Assembly: GCA_964035545.1 (NCBI GenBank)
Contig: OZ037766.1
Span: 4,640,722-4,704,721 of the forward strand
Reading direction: 5' to 3'
Origin: Bugula neritina
Lineage: Eukaryota; Animalia; Bryozoa
DNA length: 64,000 bases
The translations under genes and the position numbers were made by a program. Position 1 is the stretch's first letter; the number at the start of each line of letters is the position of its first letter. The notes under the pieces were generated by a model. It searched no databases, had not been told where the DNA came from, and worked only from the letters and a program-made list of their open reading frames with translations. Shown in pieces: positions 1-13,452 of this stretch.

Positions 1-3000
1 AACCCAACTCAGAACTCTGGCCAGCTGCAAACACACATGTTATAGGTCATACAATCACAGAACAAGGGATAATAACCATTAGCTATGATTGATGATCTAG
101 TTTCACAGCTTGTCTATGCATAACAGAGTGTGCAAAGCTTCACTACATTCACCCTACCTAAGTAGCATATAAATAAATTACAGACAACATCTATATAATA
201 AGAAACTATTAACTCTCACGTGAAGGAGGGGCTAAAGTGACTGTGGTGTGCTCTAGTTTGAAACACTCAGCATCGGGGTAGAGATAGTCGTCTAGTAACG
301 TGTCGCAGTCAATCAGCTGGTCAATAGCTCGATCTTCACTAAACTCGTGAGCACATTTCGATCGAAACTCTACAATTCAACACATAATTTCCACAATCTA
401 AACACACACAAAAATTTTTACATTTCAACCACTCAAACACTATTCTGTCTGTTAACACTAATAAGCTAAAATTGCCATTAGCACTGGCCAATGTGCAAAG
501 CTTACCTCTGCACATGCTCTTGCATGGGAACACTGGGAACGAGAAGGAACCACATTGTGGGAGTGCATACTGACACAAGAACTCTGCTGCATGTTCATAA
601 CACACATTGAACCTGTTTAAACCATTCTACAAAACAGATGCAACGCTGCACAGTTGTGATGTAATAAATTGCAATTATTCATTATCTGCTCTTGGAAGTT
701 GGAGCATTACTAACAGTACTAGTATGAAATATTGTTCATAGTATATACAGCAGATGAAAAGCACATGCTGCATCATCTTGTGGTATCCATGCACCATCTA
801 ATTTTCGATTTAAATGTCATCTAACATCTAACATAAGCATTGTAAATTCTATAAGTTGCAATTGAATCAACTAAGTCCAAAAATCTAGGTATTAGATTCC
901 TGCTTCAAGTTTCGAAAAAAAATTATTTTATTTGCACTATAAACAAATAATTCTTTTAACCAACTTATATATTTATTAAAATCTTTAAGATTCACATAAA
1001 ACATAGTATGCCTGTGATATCATGGTCATGTACTGACTAAATGCACCTACCACATCGCAAGGTTGTAGGTAGTACAGTGTAAGACTATACCTACCACATT
1101 GTAACACTATTCTTACCACACTGCAAGGCAGCACTTACTACAGTGTAGAACTATACCTACTACAGTGCAAGATTGCAACTAGCACACTGTAACACTGTAC
1201 CTACTACAGTATCTACCACACTATAACACTGTACCTACTACACAGCTAAACTGTTCTTACCACAATGTGAGGCATAATCAGCTGTTGACTGTCAAGTGTA
1301 GACACTGTGTTGATACGAGACTCTCCGAGAGGAGCCTTGCATTCTTCTATCGTGATTTCAGTGTTGCAGCTTACCTCTGGCAACCTCTCAACTGTAATCA
1401 GCAGTAATAACAGTGTATATATGTTTCTAGCAGTAATAACAATGTATGTAAGTTCTTAGTAGTGACATAAGTATACATACGCGTAAGTTTCTAGTAGTAA
1501 TAACAGTGTATATCAGTTTTTAGTAGTAATAACAGTGTATATCAGTTTTTAGTAGTAATAACAGTGTATATCAGTTTTTAGTAGTAATAACAGTGTATAT
1601 CAGTTTTTAGTAGTAATAACAGTGTATATCAGTTTTTAGTAGTAATAACACTGTATATAAATTTTCAGCAACAGGTAATGATATATTGCTATACATCTTA
1701 CTTCATATGAAATGAAAGTAAGTAGCTATTTTGACACAGAGATTAATTTATAAGCCATACTAGCGGAATTAACTATCTAATGCTTATATTATTCTCACAC
1801 TAAGAAACAGTGTTGGCATTAAAGTAAAACCTTAAAACGCTTATGCTCTGTCTAATCTTATGAATCTTATCCTGTGTGGAGTAATTTATTGTGTAAAATA
1901 AAAGCCAATAAGGTTTCTAAATTATCTAAGACATAATTATCACTTTAGTAACTATCTATAACTATTAGTAATATGACACAGACTATCCACTATAAGCTCA
2001 TATGTTTCACATTTTCAAGTTACAATATGATACAAGTTTAGAAATAAAGGAGCCAACCTATTTGACAGTTAGAACCACCGGTTCCCACAGGACAATTGCA
2101 GATGTAGCCTCTGATATCTGCAGTGCATACGCCATTGTGTCTAAAATATAGATTGCATAGAGTAAGAGTTGTCTATCCCAGAGATATAAAAAACAAGAAC
2201 AAAAATTTGCTAAGAAAAAATATCGGAAGAAATATTCAGGGTCAAGTGGTAAAAACTGCTACTTTATTTTTTATCAAAGGCGTTGAAATACTTAGGTTGC
2301 TATATGCAGACTGCAACACGAAAAGACCAGTTTAAATTATAGATTATATCCTTTAAAAAATATTACATACATTGAATATTATCTCAGTTCATCAAACTTA
2401 GATAAACACCAGACATGTATTGCGTCATGTAATCATAGTGTAAGAGGCTTCAATTAATCTTCAACTAATATATTTGTTCCTTCTTAAAGTAAATGAAAGA
2501 GAGAACATCCTAGAAGGTTGCTAGGGATACGGTTGATAAGAGAGTGTATAAAAACAGAAACAAGTAGTTAATAAGTTGATAATCTTAGTTGAAAGACTTA
2601 TACTTACTTGAAGTAATATGAAGTAAGTACAGAATTAGAGAAACTAAAACAAAACTGTGCACTAGTTGAAAAAATGTAGCAAAATAAATGATGTTCGAAC
2701 GTATATACATCTTTCAACCTGTGCCCAAAGCCAACATTCAAGACCTTTAGGCAAATAGAATTTTTCCTTCTCTGTTCCGAGCAATTTTTAAAAAAATAAA
2801 CAAGTTTTATTGAAATAACTTTAATTTTTCAAATAAACAGAATCTCAAAGAGCTACAAGACTCACGAGCATGGGTTGGGCGAACAGTAGCTGTCACAGTT
2901 CTTCTCATCGGAGTTATCTGTACAATCTCTCTCCCTGTCACACTGCCATGACTTGCTGATACATGAAGTTCTGCCAAAACCCCATCTCTTGGTTCCATTC

Positions 3001-6000
3001 ACACATTTGAACTCCGTATCCAAGCAAACTTCAGAGGCTACGAAAGTAAACAAATTGTTTATCATCAGCTGCACCTTACAGAAATATCAGACCTTCGAAT
3101 AAACTCACACAAGTTTATAGTCACTATCCCTGTGAGAACCCCTGATTGAAAGGGTTTGCTTTAAAGCAGGCTAAAGACTTATTCATATGTGGCACGGAAG
3201 TAATTGATGCAGATGCAATAATGCAGATCTTTGAATAACCTACAAGCTACTTAATTTGCTAGTTTCAATTAATTACAATATAACATTATTGCATAGTTTA
3301 CAGAGAAAAAAAACTGTAAAAATCAGTAAAAGTTTTTCATATATATTTTACTTGCTTTCTAAATCTGCTCCATTGAAAGATTGTTTTCCCGGCAATTATA
3401 ATAAAACTTGTAGTTGTTTTACCCATGAAGACGCTAGTAAGTTATAGAATATGGCCTTTACAGGAAAAGATTTGAAAATTCGTCATAACACCAACCAAGA
3501 CCGTTTGTAGAGGACAAGTCAAATCTCAATGAATAGCACTTGCAGAGATCAATGCAGCACTTACCATGATATGAAGAAAACACTTGTAGAAATCAATGCA
3601 GCACTTACCATGACAGTTCTGTTCATCACTGAGATCTCCACAATCATCGTCACCATCACAGACAAACCTCAAAGGTCTACACAACCCATTACCACAGTGG
3701 AACTACAACATGCCCAAGTCAGACTTGAGTTAAACACTTGAAGAACCAAATGAGAGATTCAAGCAAAACTTAGTTGTTATATCACAAGGTATTCTTTTAC
3801 CATTGACCATGTACGCTTGGTTGCATAACTAATGCTTTTTCATTATTTTGCCTTTAAAATGAGCAAACAAGGGAAGGGGGGATTAAAATTATAATAGTTT
3901 TAAAAAATTAAAATATTCCAAAAGGATAGCATCACAAGATGAGAAATTAACATAAGATAATGAATGATACATATATAACAACTTATTCTCTAGTAAAACA
4001 TTTCACAACATAACAAACATTAAAATATCATCAGATTATGAGTCACCAGCTCTCTAATCTCTCCAGATAAATCTTTATACCAGACGAACGAAGAACTTTT
4101 TATTTCATTATGAAGACCAAGATATAGCAAAGAGGCCACAAAACATGGACTTCAGATGGGATTTTACTAGCATTTAACGACTTTGGTCAGCAGCTGTTAG
4201 TCAAAGCACATGATTAGAGTACCACAGCTTACAAACCTGGTCAGATCTACAGGTGAAGTTTGCACAGTTGGCTTCATCTTGTCTACCAAAGCAGTTGTAA
4301 TATCCATCGCATCTTTGGGATCCATTAATGCACCTCATGGTGTTATCAGAAGCTGTGCACTTGAACATATCATCACCACATGCTGTTGGTGAAATAATAA
4401 TTAAAACACATAATAATACTTAAACCAAATGAGGTTTGGACTGAACTGTAAAGTTTATTGAGAATTTTACAGCAGGGAGCAATTTAAATGTTGGGTTATA
4501 GACATTCTATGCAGTAGTTCTTATGTAACCAGAATTCACAGTTGAACATTAAAGTTAATGTCTATAGGCAAATAACAGGTTTAATAGTTGCAGTGCATTA
4601 TTATTACAGAAATTGAACAGCTTTTCTTGCAATCAACTGTATACTTAGTAAGAGTTTAGAATGTCAGAACATCCTGGAAGGTATGAGAACTTGGTTTGGA
4701 GAAATATAATTAGTGCAGATTTAGTAACAGCAGGTGGCTATCCTTGTTACAACATTCATTCAGTGATGTATTTTATTAAGAAATTTTTTAGAAAAGGGGT
4801 TTCTAACCTTTTCAGAGCAAGGACCTCTGAAAGGGAATATTCCAGTGACAAGGACAACATTGTAAATTTTAGCTTGAACTGGGGGCCACAGCATCAGTAT
4901 TTTTCTAATTACTTTAAATTCTAAATTCTTATGAATAATTACATTATATTCTATAGCGCTGCAGGCTTTGTGTATAAATAAACATGAAACAGGTGGTTTT
5001 ACACTCTAATTCCGTGTGAAAAAAATTTCAGTTTTATGCCTTTGAGAGCCACATAAATATAGACTGGGATCCATATCCGGCCATGGGGCGCCTGTTGGAC
5101 AGCCCTGTCTTAGAATAATTTTGCTAGAAAAAAATAAAATAAGTTTAGAGAAACATACAGCAGTCTTGTTCATCAGAGCTATCTCCGCAGTCGTTGTACC
5201 CGTCACATTTCCATTGGTCAGGTAGACACGCTCCAGTGACAGCACATTTGAACTTCCCTTCTTGGCACTCAGTAGTGTTCACTGTATTTGTAAAACAATG
5301 TTTAAAATTGAAAGCTACAGAAAATCAGGACATCTGAATACTGGAAACTTGTAGTGGGAACAGCTTTTAGTAAGCTTCTAAATAAAAACACTTAGAAATT
5401 TACACAAGTAAGTGGTAAAAGGCTGAGTTAAGCATCAACAGTATTAAACAACGCAAATAGGTTCTTGTTTACAACTCCTAATAATCCCATTAATAATTTA
5501 TTTGATTCTATAATTTCTTGTTATTTCAGAGAGAGGCCATCTTCAAATGGAACATTTCAATACATGTACATGGTAACTACACTTTATGCTTTTATCATGA
5601 TAGCTATATACTGGTTAGGGCTGGTGAAGTTGCCTCACCCAACCACAGTGTATCACATGGATAGAACTAAGTCTATAATTGATATCATACCACATCCTAT
5701 CTCATCAGAGCCATCTCTACAGTTAGCGATTCCATTACACCTTTTTCCTATGCCCACACACTCCTCGCCATCCAAACACGGGTATTCGGTGTCCGCGTCG
5801 CAATTTGCTGTAAACACTTTATTATTAGCAGCAATTTGGTACTGAGTTGTCTAGCCTACGTCTTCTAGGCAACAGACAGGAGCAATTTTTTGAATGAAAT
5901 CACTACCAGCAAGTTAAATCAGGATGAGGCGAAATTTATTCCTATCTATTATTAGAAAACAGTACGGTCAAGGTCAAACTTTATCTTTATATCATAGCCA

Positions 6001-9000
6001 CACAGTAAAAAATGAATTATGCTCTTTTAAACATTAGAATTTTTAACCTGCACAGCATATATTCTGGCTAAGGTTAAATTTCATCTTCCTATTGTATCCA
6101 TACAGTAAAAGATGTAGTATCAATTATTATACTCTTTTAAAAAATGTCAATCCATAACTTGCTTATATATAATTGCTACAAAATTTGAAAATTCAATAGT
6201 TAAAGCAAGAGCTGTGCTTATAGAAGTCGATGCACTAAATTTTTGGAAAGTTCTAAAATGTAGACCGTGCTTCTAGATAGCTCACCTGTTGGTGGTAAGG
6301 GATCACCGACATTAGTACAGTTGGTGTCTTCGGTGAATATAGAACAACTGAGGGGTATGTGGATGGGAAGCCTGGCTAACATTATTGAGCAGTTGGCAAC
6401 TACGTCTGCAACAGAGAAAGGAGTACAGATCTCCTGCATGTTACTAACAAATTTGATGTGAAGTGAACTCATATAAGCTAGTAAGGTCTAATCACTCTGT
6501 GAAGTAGTATTAAACTCAACTTAAAGACTCACTGATCCGTTTATCAGTTGTTTTACATTTCGAAAAAAAGAGCTTAAATAACGTGAGAAGTTTTCCTACT
6601 GCACTGAGTGGGAACCAACTTTAATTCTACTCATTTCTACATCAATTAGAACTCTCAGCATCTAACAACTGAATTCTTTGCATCACAGTGGTAAAAAGTT
6701 ACTGGTGATGTTCAAAATGTCTTAATTAAAGTTGAACTTATAACATAATTTTGTTAATAGTAGAATTCAACTTTCTGGGTAATTTGAAGCCAAAACACAA
6801 AATAGCTTTTAAAATAACCAATAAAAAAATTTGAAAATTTGGAAAAGATTGAAAAACTGACAGGAAGTCACATGATCTCTCACCTAAACAGAGGGATCTA
6901 CATGGCGGAATTCTATGATAATTCTCATCACATTTGGGGAGAATGGCGCCACAAAAGAGAGCATGAATGCTGTCGTGACAATGTATACCGTTGTCCTGTA
7001 AGGCTTGCATGAAACTTAGGAAGTCATAGGCATCACTCTACAACAACAGCACTTTGTCCATCACATGTGTACTGAGAAGTTATCCAGCTAAAAATGTTAA
7101 CTGCAAACCTATTCTACTTAAAGTAGTACTACCAGATGTTCAGATAAAAACTTATTCAGATCTTAGAACCTATAATAAAGCTCTTAGCCATGTAATGATA
7201 TGTTATGTAACATCCTAAGTGTATTGGAATAGGTGTAGGAAATTTCATTACATGTTCTATGCTTCATAGGTCTGAGAAAACTGCTGGGAAATGAAGACAT
7301 TATGACATTATTTAAATTTTAACCTAAAAATTTGTTGATAACAGATTTTATTATCTTGCACTTACATTATCAAATCTATTACATGTAGACTACTAGTAGG
7401 TAACATGAAGGTTAAGAAATCTGATATATACAATATATTCTGTAATCTAAAGCATAACATGTCAATGTTTTAAGTTAATCACCATAAACACTCATCTACA
7501 TATTTGTGTGGTAAGATTAGTGGATTAGTGGTTACATTACTTCACATCTCCAACTAATCTCAAGGATCAAGTCAAACTTGAATAACTTCAAAACATTACC
7601 TTCACATAAATTTAGTTAAAATGGATGCAGATATCGGTAGATTACTAATTCTAATCATTCATGAGGAAAATATATTATTATTGTGAATTTCTGATACTGA
7701 AATATAGCAGCTGTTGACCAGCTCCCCTAATGACAGCTAATAAATTGCGATGTACCACCACAGGTTAGGAAGGTGTCTCTGTCAATAAATGTGCAATATG
7801 ATGAGTCATGGAGTATTAGCACAGATTTACTGCACATTATTTTGACATAACAGATATTTACTAAACTAGTGTGACCTATATACTAACCATACCAGTGTGA
7901 CCTATATACTAGCCATACCAGTGTGACCTATATACTTACCATACCAGTGTGACCTATATACTTATCAAACTAGTATGACCTATATACTTACTACACTTTG
8001 TGACTTACATACTGACTAGTGCGACCTATATAGTGACTAGTGTGACCTATAAACTTACTAGATCAGTGTGACCTATATACTTACCAAACTAGTATGACCC
8101 ATGTAATTGGGCAGAAACGCTGATTTCCACGGAACATTTGCACAAAATGTGTGGTGAATGGGGTAGCACACCTGACTATGTGTATCTAAAACATAATCCA
8201 AACTTTCTTAGAAATGAGAACAAGTGTTCAGCACTGTGTTACTGTAGCCAAGATACTGTCAAACTGGTTCCCAGTTTCTGTTGTCAAGTAAACAGGTCCC
8301 TAGTTATTGATTATGACTTATATTCAAATGATAGCAGCTGAAACTATTATAAACTACTTAATATAACATATAAACAGCATTCAGGTTTTATCCAGGTACC
8401 CTGGTTGAAGGACACTTACTGTTGGGAGGTATTACTGTGGTCTGAAACTCCACTTCAGGTGGACTATCCTTGAAGGCGCATCTATCTGGGTGGTTTGGGA
8501 AAAATGGCAAATATCTTTCACAATGCAATGCTTCATTGTTGAGGACAAACAAGGGCTCTTCCTTGCATTGACTTCTGTAGGCTACACAACAGATGTAATA
8601 ATGAATGTTTATAAGAAGTCAACATTAAACTGTAAATTATATATAATACCATAATCATTAGAGTACTTCATCAATTGAAATTATCATATATGACAATATT
8701 CACATATCTATTTACTGCATTATACTATTTAGTGTACTGAATTACATTGAACTCTACTCAGTGCATCAAGTAAATAGTTTATTGTATTACAGATAGTGTA
8801 TGTAGTGTAGTATATAACTAGTTTGGTGCATTACATGTTACAGTATACTGGATATTACAGTCACAGTATACTATATACTACAGTCACATTATACTATATA
8901 CTACAGTCACAGTATACTATATACTACAGCCACAGTATACTATATACTACAGTCACAGTATACTATATGCTGCTGTCACAGTATACTGTACATCGCTGCC

Positions 9001-12000
9001 GCAGTATAAATGGATCTTACTGCGACACAGCTGTCGACAAGGTAGAATGAAGTCCATTTCATTGGTTTGGACGGCAGCGTTTCCAGCATTATAACAGCGA
9101 GGAGCAATGATGGTGCACATGTAGAAGAAAGAGTCAGCATAACATAAAGATGTGTGCTCAGCGATCAGCAGCAGAGCCTCCTTCATGCTTTCCTGCTCTG
9201 GCAGCGGCCTCAGAGATGAGTTGTATGGCAGCATTGCTGCGCATTCGGATATTATAGGGTGGTCACAAGATTCTCTACAAAATGCAAAGTATATTCCCTT
9301 ATAATTAGTGATACATTGGATTAAAATAATCAACATGTATCACTATAAATGAATAAAATACAAATTGCTATCTGTTCACACATTTATCCAGTGCTGTTTT
9401 AATTTATTTATGTAGAAAAGGTTATTTTTATACTCATGCTGTTTCATAGTTTCAAAAACATTGTAAGAAGTTTGTTTCCATTTCATTAAAGTTAAATAAA
9501 GTTCAAGCATAGTTTCTCAAGAATACATGTAGTCATTTATCTGGGAGATAAACTACACACCAGATATTCAAAACAAGCTTATTTCTGTCAAACATCTCAC
9601 ATTTGTGACATCACACAAAACATACACATGAAGACATAACCACCATACTTGGGAGTAGTTGAGGGTGGTGTTACAGCAGTAACTGTGGAGGGTGTGGAGG
9701 ATTTGCTGGTAGTTGGCGAGATCATAGTAGTGGGTGTAGAAGTCACCACTGTGGATCTGGTAGTTACTGTAGCAGGTTTAGTAACAGTTGATGTCAACTT
9801 TGTTGTAGCTGGCAGCTTTGTAGATGTAGTTTGCATTGAAGTGCTGTCACTGGGTGCTGTTGAAGTTGTCTTCTCACTTGGAGTTGAAGGCAACAGCCCT
9901 AGTTAATATAGATAGTAAATTATATGATCTCTACACAATTAATTAGCTTCTTAATTCTACTGACCCTTACAAAAACTCACGAAAGTTTATAGTCACTATT
10001 CCGTGAGAAACTCTTGATGAAAAGGTTTTTTTAAAGTGGGCTAAGAACTTATTCAGATGTAGCACAAGAGCAATTATGGCTGGATGCCCTTCCTAACATC
10101 ACCAATAGTCTTTACTGGGGATCGAACCACTGACTTTGTGTTTATTAAGCCAACACCTTAACCCCTAGACCACGGCTGCTGTCTCTACCGGTCCCTTATA
10201 TTATTCAATATTTTCCGGTAAGTTATTTTAATCAAGTAAAATGTCTGCCGGTATTTATGATATTATGAAGTTTTCTTCAATAATTTTCAATTTGGGTCAG
10301 TGATTTTGAAAATAGAAATTCTCAAGACGACTTTCATGAAAACAGTGATTATAGACTGATTTGTTGGCTCAAGGTTAACAGTTCAAGTGTTATTATTACC
10401 ACTCAAAGCAGACAGACAGATAAGCTGGTTTAAAAACACTCATTTATAACTTTTATTAGCATTGAACTAAAATTATTTGTTTCCAAACTTAATATTAAGT
10501 GAAATTGATGAGCTACGTTCTCCTTTGGTGAAATATAACAGACCATCAGATGAGATATAATAGCATAGCTTTATTTCTTTTTATTTCATTAGTCTTTGAA
10601 CTGCCTAATTTTGTGGTTCTTGGAAGTACAATTTTACAAAATATAGCCAAAAATATTACTGCAATAAAAGTATGTGTTTGGACTATTAAATTAAGCAGAG
10701 CAGACAACATTAAGATAGATAAACTAAAAATAGTGCCAGATTTGTTTACCAGTAATAATTTAGCTTCTATACAGTGTTAAAGCAAATACAAAGCTTGTTT
10801 TGGGCTTGTGAAATAAAATTGATATAGGACTTTTCTTATAATGGAAAGCAATTGTTTCTACATATTTTCTAATTCAGAAATTGATATACTACACACCGGT
10901 CCTATGACTACTCCGTGGTAAAATTAGGGGAGGGGGGCTACCCACACCCAACCGATTGGCAACAATAAATTTAGAATTGCAATACAATAACAGCAAAGAT
11001 AAGATGACAGAGTAGGAAGTACCTTATCTGGTTGGCAAAGATACAATTGAATCCTACTATGCTTATTACACTATGTCATATAACACTATAATACCATATA
11101 ATACTATAATATCATATAACACTATACCATACACTACTCTGTCTACAAGTAACCAACGCTCACCTTCTGTTAGAGCGATGCTCTCTACTTCTGTAGGCCA
11201 TGATCCAAACGCCCCATTATTTCCAGCTACATGTTTTGTCAGAACTGTATTCAAATCCGTTGACCCTGGAGTGTCCTTGAACTCCATGACAAATGTCACC
11301 ACAACACTGCCAGCACTAGAGCAGCAATTTACAGCATATTTATATACAGTATGCATGCCTATTGCACACTACACAGGCAAGAGGGGGGGTTATGTGATTT
11401 ATTCAGCAAAAACTATACTAGCAATACTGTAGTTCACAGTTGATCATCCTTTTTTAGAAAAATGTTTTGTTTGAAAACTTTCTAGCACTACAGGCTACAA
11501 CTTCATAAGTGAAACCAACCAATACAAGTAACATTTAGCAAGAGATGGAGGAAGTGGGATGTATGATTGCTTTAACACTAGCTCTACACTTTAACTTGCT
11601 TCCTGTTCACATTACACAATCCTTTATTACTTCTACATTCTCACGTTACCCTGTGTCGCAGCACATAAAACTTACCTAAACTTTATAACTTTGGTTTTTA
11701 TATATTCGCCATTTAAATCTTCCTCAATTATAAGTTCATCCATCTATAAACAAAACCAGCATTAAGTAGCTTTGTGTCTGGTAATTATTTACATTTCCAC
11801 AAGATATCAGTTGTGTAATTTTGCTTTTGGTGTGTGATTGAGGAAACCACAGCAATGCATTTACAAAAAATATGAAAATTGGGAAAATAATTAGTAGAAA
11901 TAAATTGAGTTTAAAGGGTAAATGGCACCTCCCATACATGTTTGTGGATTGTGTTGCAGGTTTATGTTCCTTACATTATAATTGATTAGCTCAGAGCCAA

Positions 12001-13375
12001 ATTAAATAGTCTTTGGGTTGCAAAGCTACACTTGCATAAAACGTATTATATCAGTTTCATCTCTTGACCAGATAACATATAAACCAAGAAAGTGGATGTT
12101 TCCCACAATACTATTCACATTATGTCACTCCGCTAGTAACATTCTCTTTTAAAACTTATGCACGTATGTTAAGAGGAGAATACAAAAAATATAGCCATTT
12201 GAAATGTTTAATATTATTTACAGCGATTCACTTAAGTTTTTAACAAAGCAAAGTTAGAGAATGTGTTATGTAAGTTATAAAACTTATATCCTTAGAAGAC
12301 TAAGCTTGTAGGAAATCTAATACAGTAGCTTTTAAGTGTTGGTAGAAAACAAGGTTTCGGTGCTAGAAATAATAAATTAAGTTAGCAGGTGCAGCAGAAT
12401 GTGAGAAATGAGTAAGTTTATATATTTGTACTGATTTTATATACAACAGCAGCGTGTTACAGCTCTGGTCTTTAACTAACGTCACTATGTAAGACTCAGC
12501 CAATCAGGGGTTTTGCACTTGAACTTGCAGAATTTTATATAAGTTACAATAGTGAGATATCGGAGTGGTACAAACCCTCGATTGGCTAAGTTATACATGG
12601 TCTATTCATCTTCCACTGCATATTGCTTACACTATTTTGCTAAGCAAACATAATTTCCATTTTAAGTCAACAATACTTTCATTGAATGGAAATTTAAGAT
12701 CTTTGTCAAGTCAAAACAAAAGATGTGCAGCTCATAGGAACAGAACAGTTTCTAAGTAACAAAAATAGCAAGTAACTAAACTCTCAAATGGGCATGACTA
12801 AAAATATATGTTGAAAAGTTTACCGTTTGCTCAAACTGAGCCTTAAGTTTGATATACTGAGCACTATCAGGGTCGTTATAGGCAGCTATAAACGTCTCTT
12901 CTGTTAGTTTTATGCTGCCGTGATAGCTGACGGACTTGAGTGAGCTTGCAGTCACTGGTGTGGGTGTGTTGGATTTTCTTCTCTTTTCTCTCGCAGCTAA
13001 AACAAGTTTTAAACTTTAGTTTAAATGTTGAGGAGATGGAAAAACTGCTTTTTATAAAACATTGAATTAATTGAGTAGTCAATAATAAGCAGCAACAAGA
13101 TCAATAATTATAATAAATATATTGGCTCTTGAGGATTATTATAATAAAACAATGTTTTCAACTGTTGGGTTATAAAACAAACTGTGTATCTTAGGATGAG
13201 GATAAAACAAGGATATGTTACATAACTTCTAGATTATTATTAGTGTTACCAGATGTTGTTCCAACAATGAAGACCTACTTAGCTTTCCAGGAATGTCTAT
13301 TATACTACAGTGTACTGGTAGAGCCAGTGCAGTAAGTGCAGCACAATATGGTGCCTTAATCTTACCATATGTTCT

Positions 13376-13452
<77 letters not shown>

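Noticed and set aside
9649-9906. Val-rich + strand ORF
   Set aside because: Antisense shadow of the Thr-rich mucin exon.
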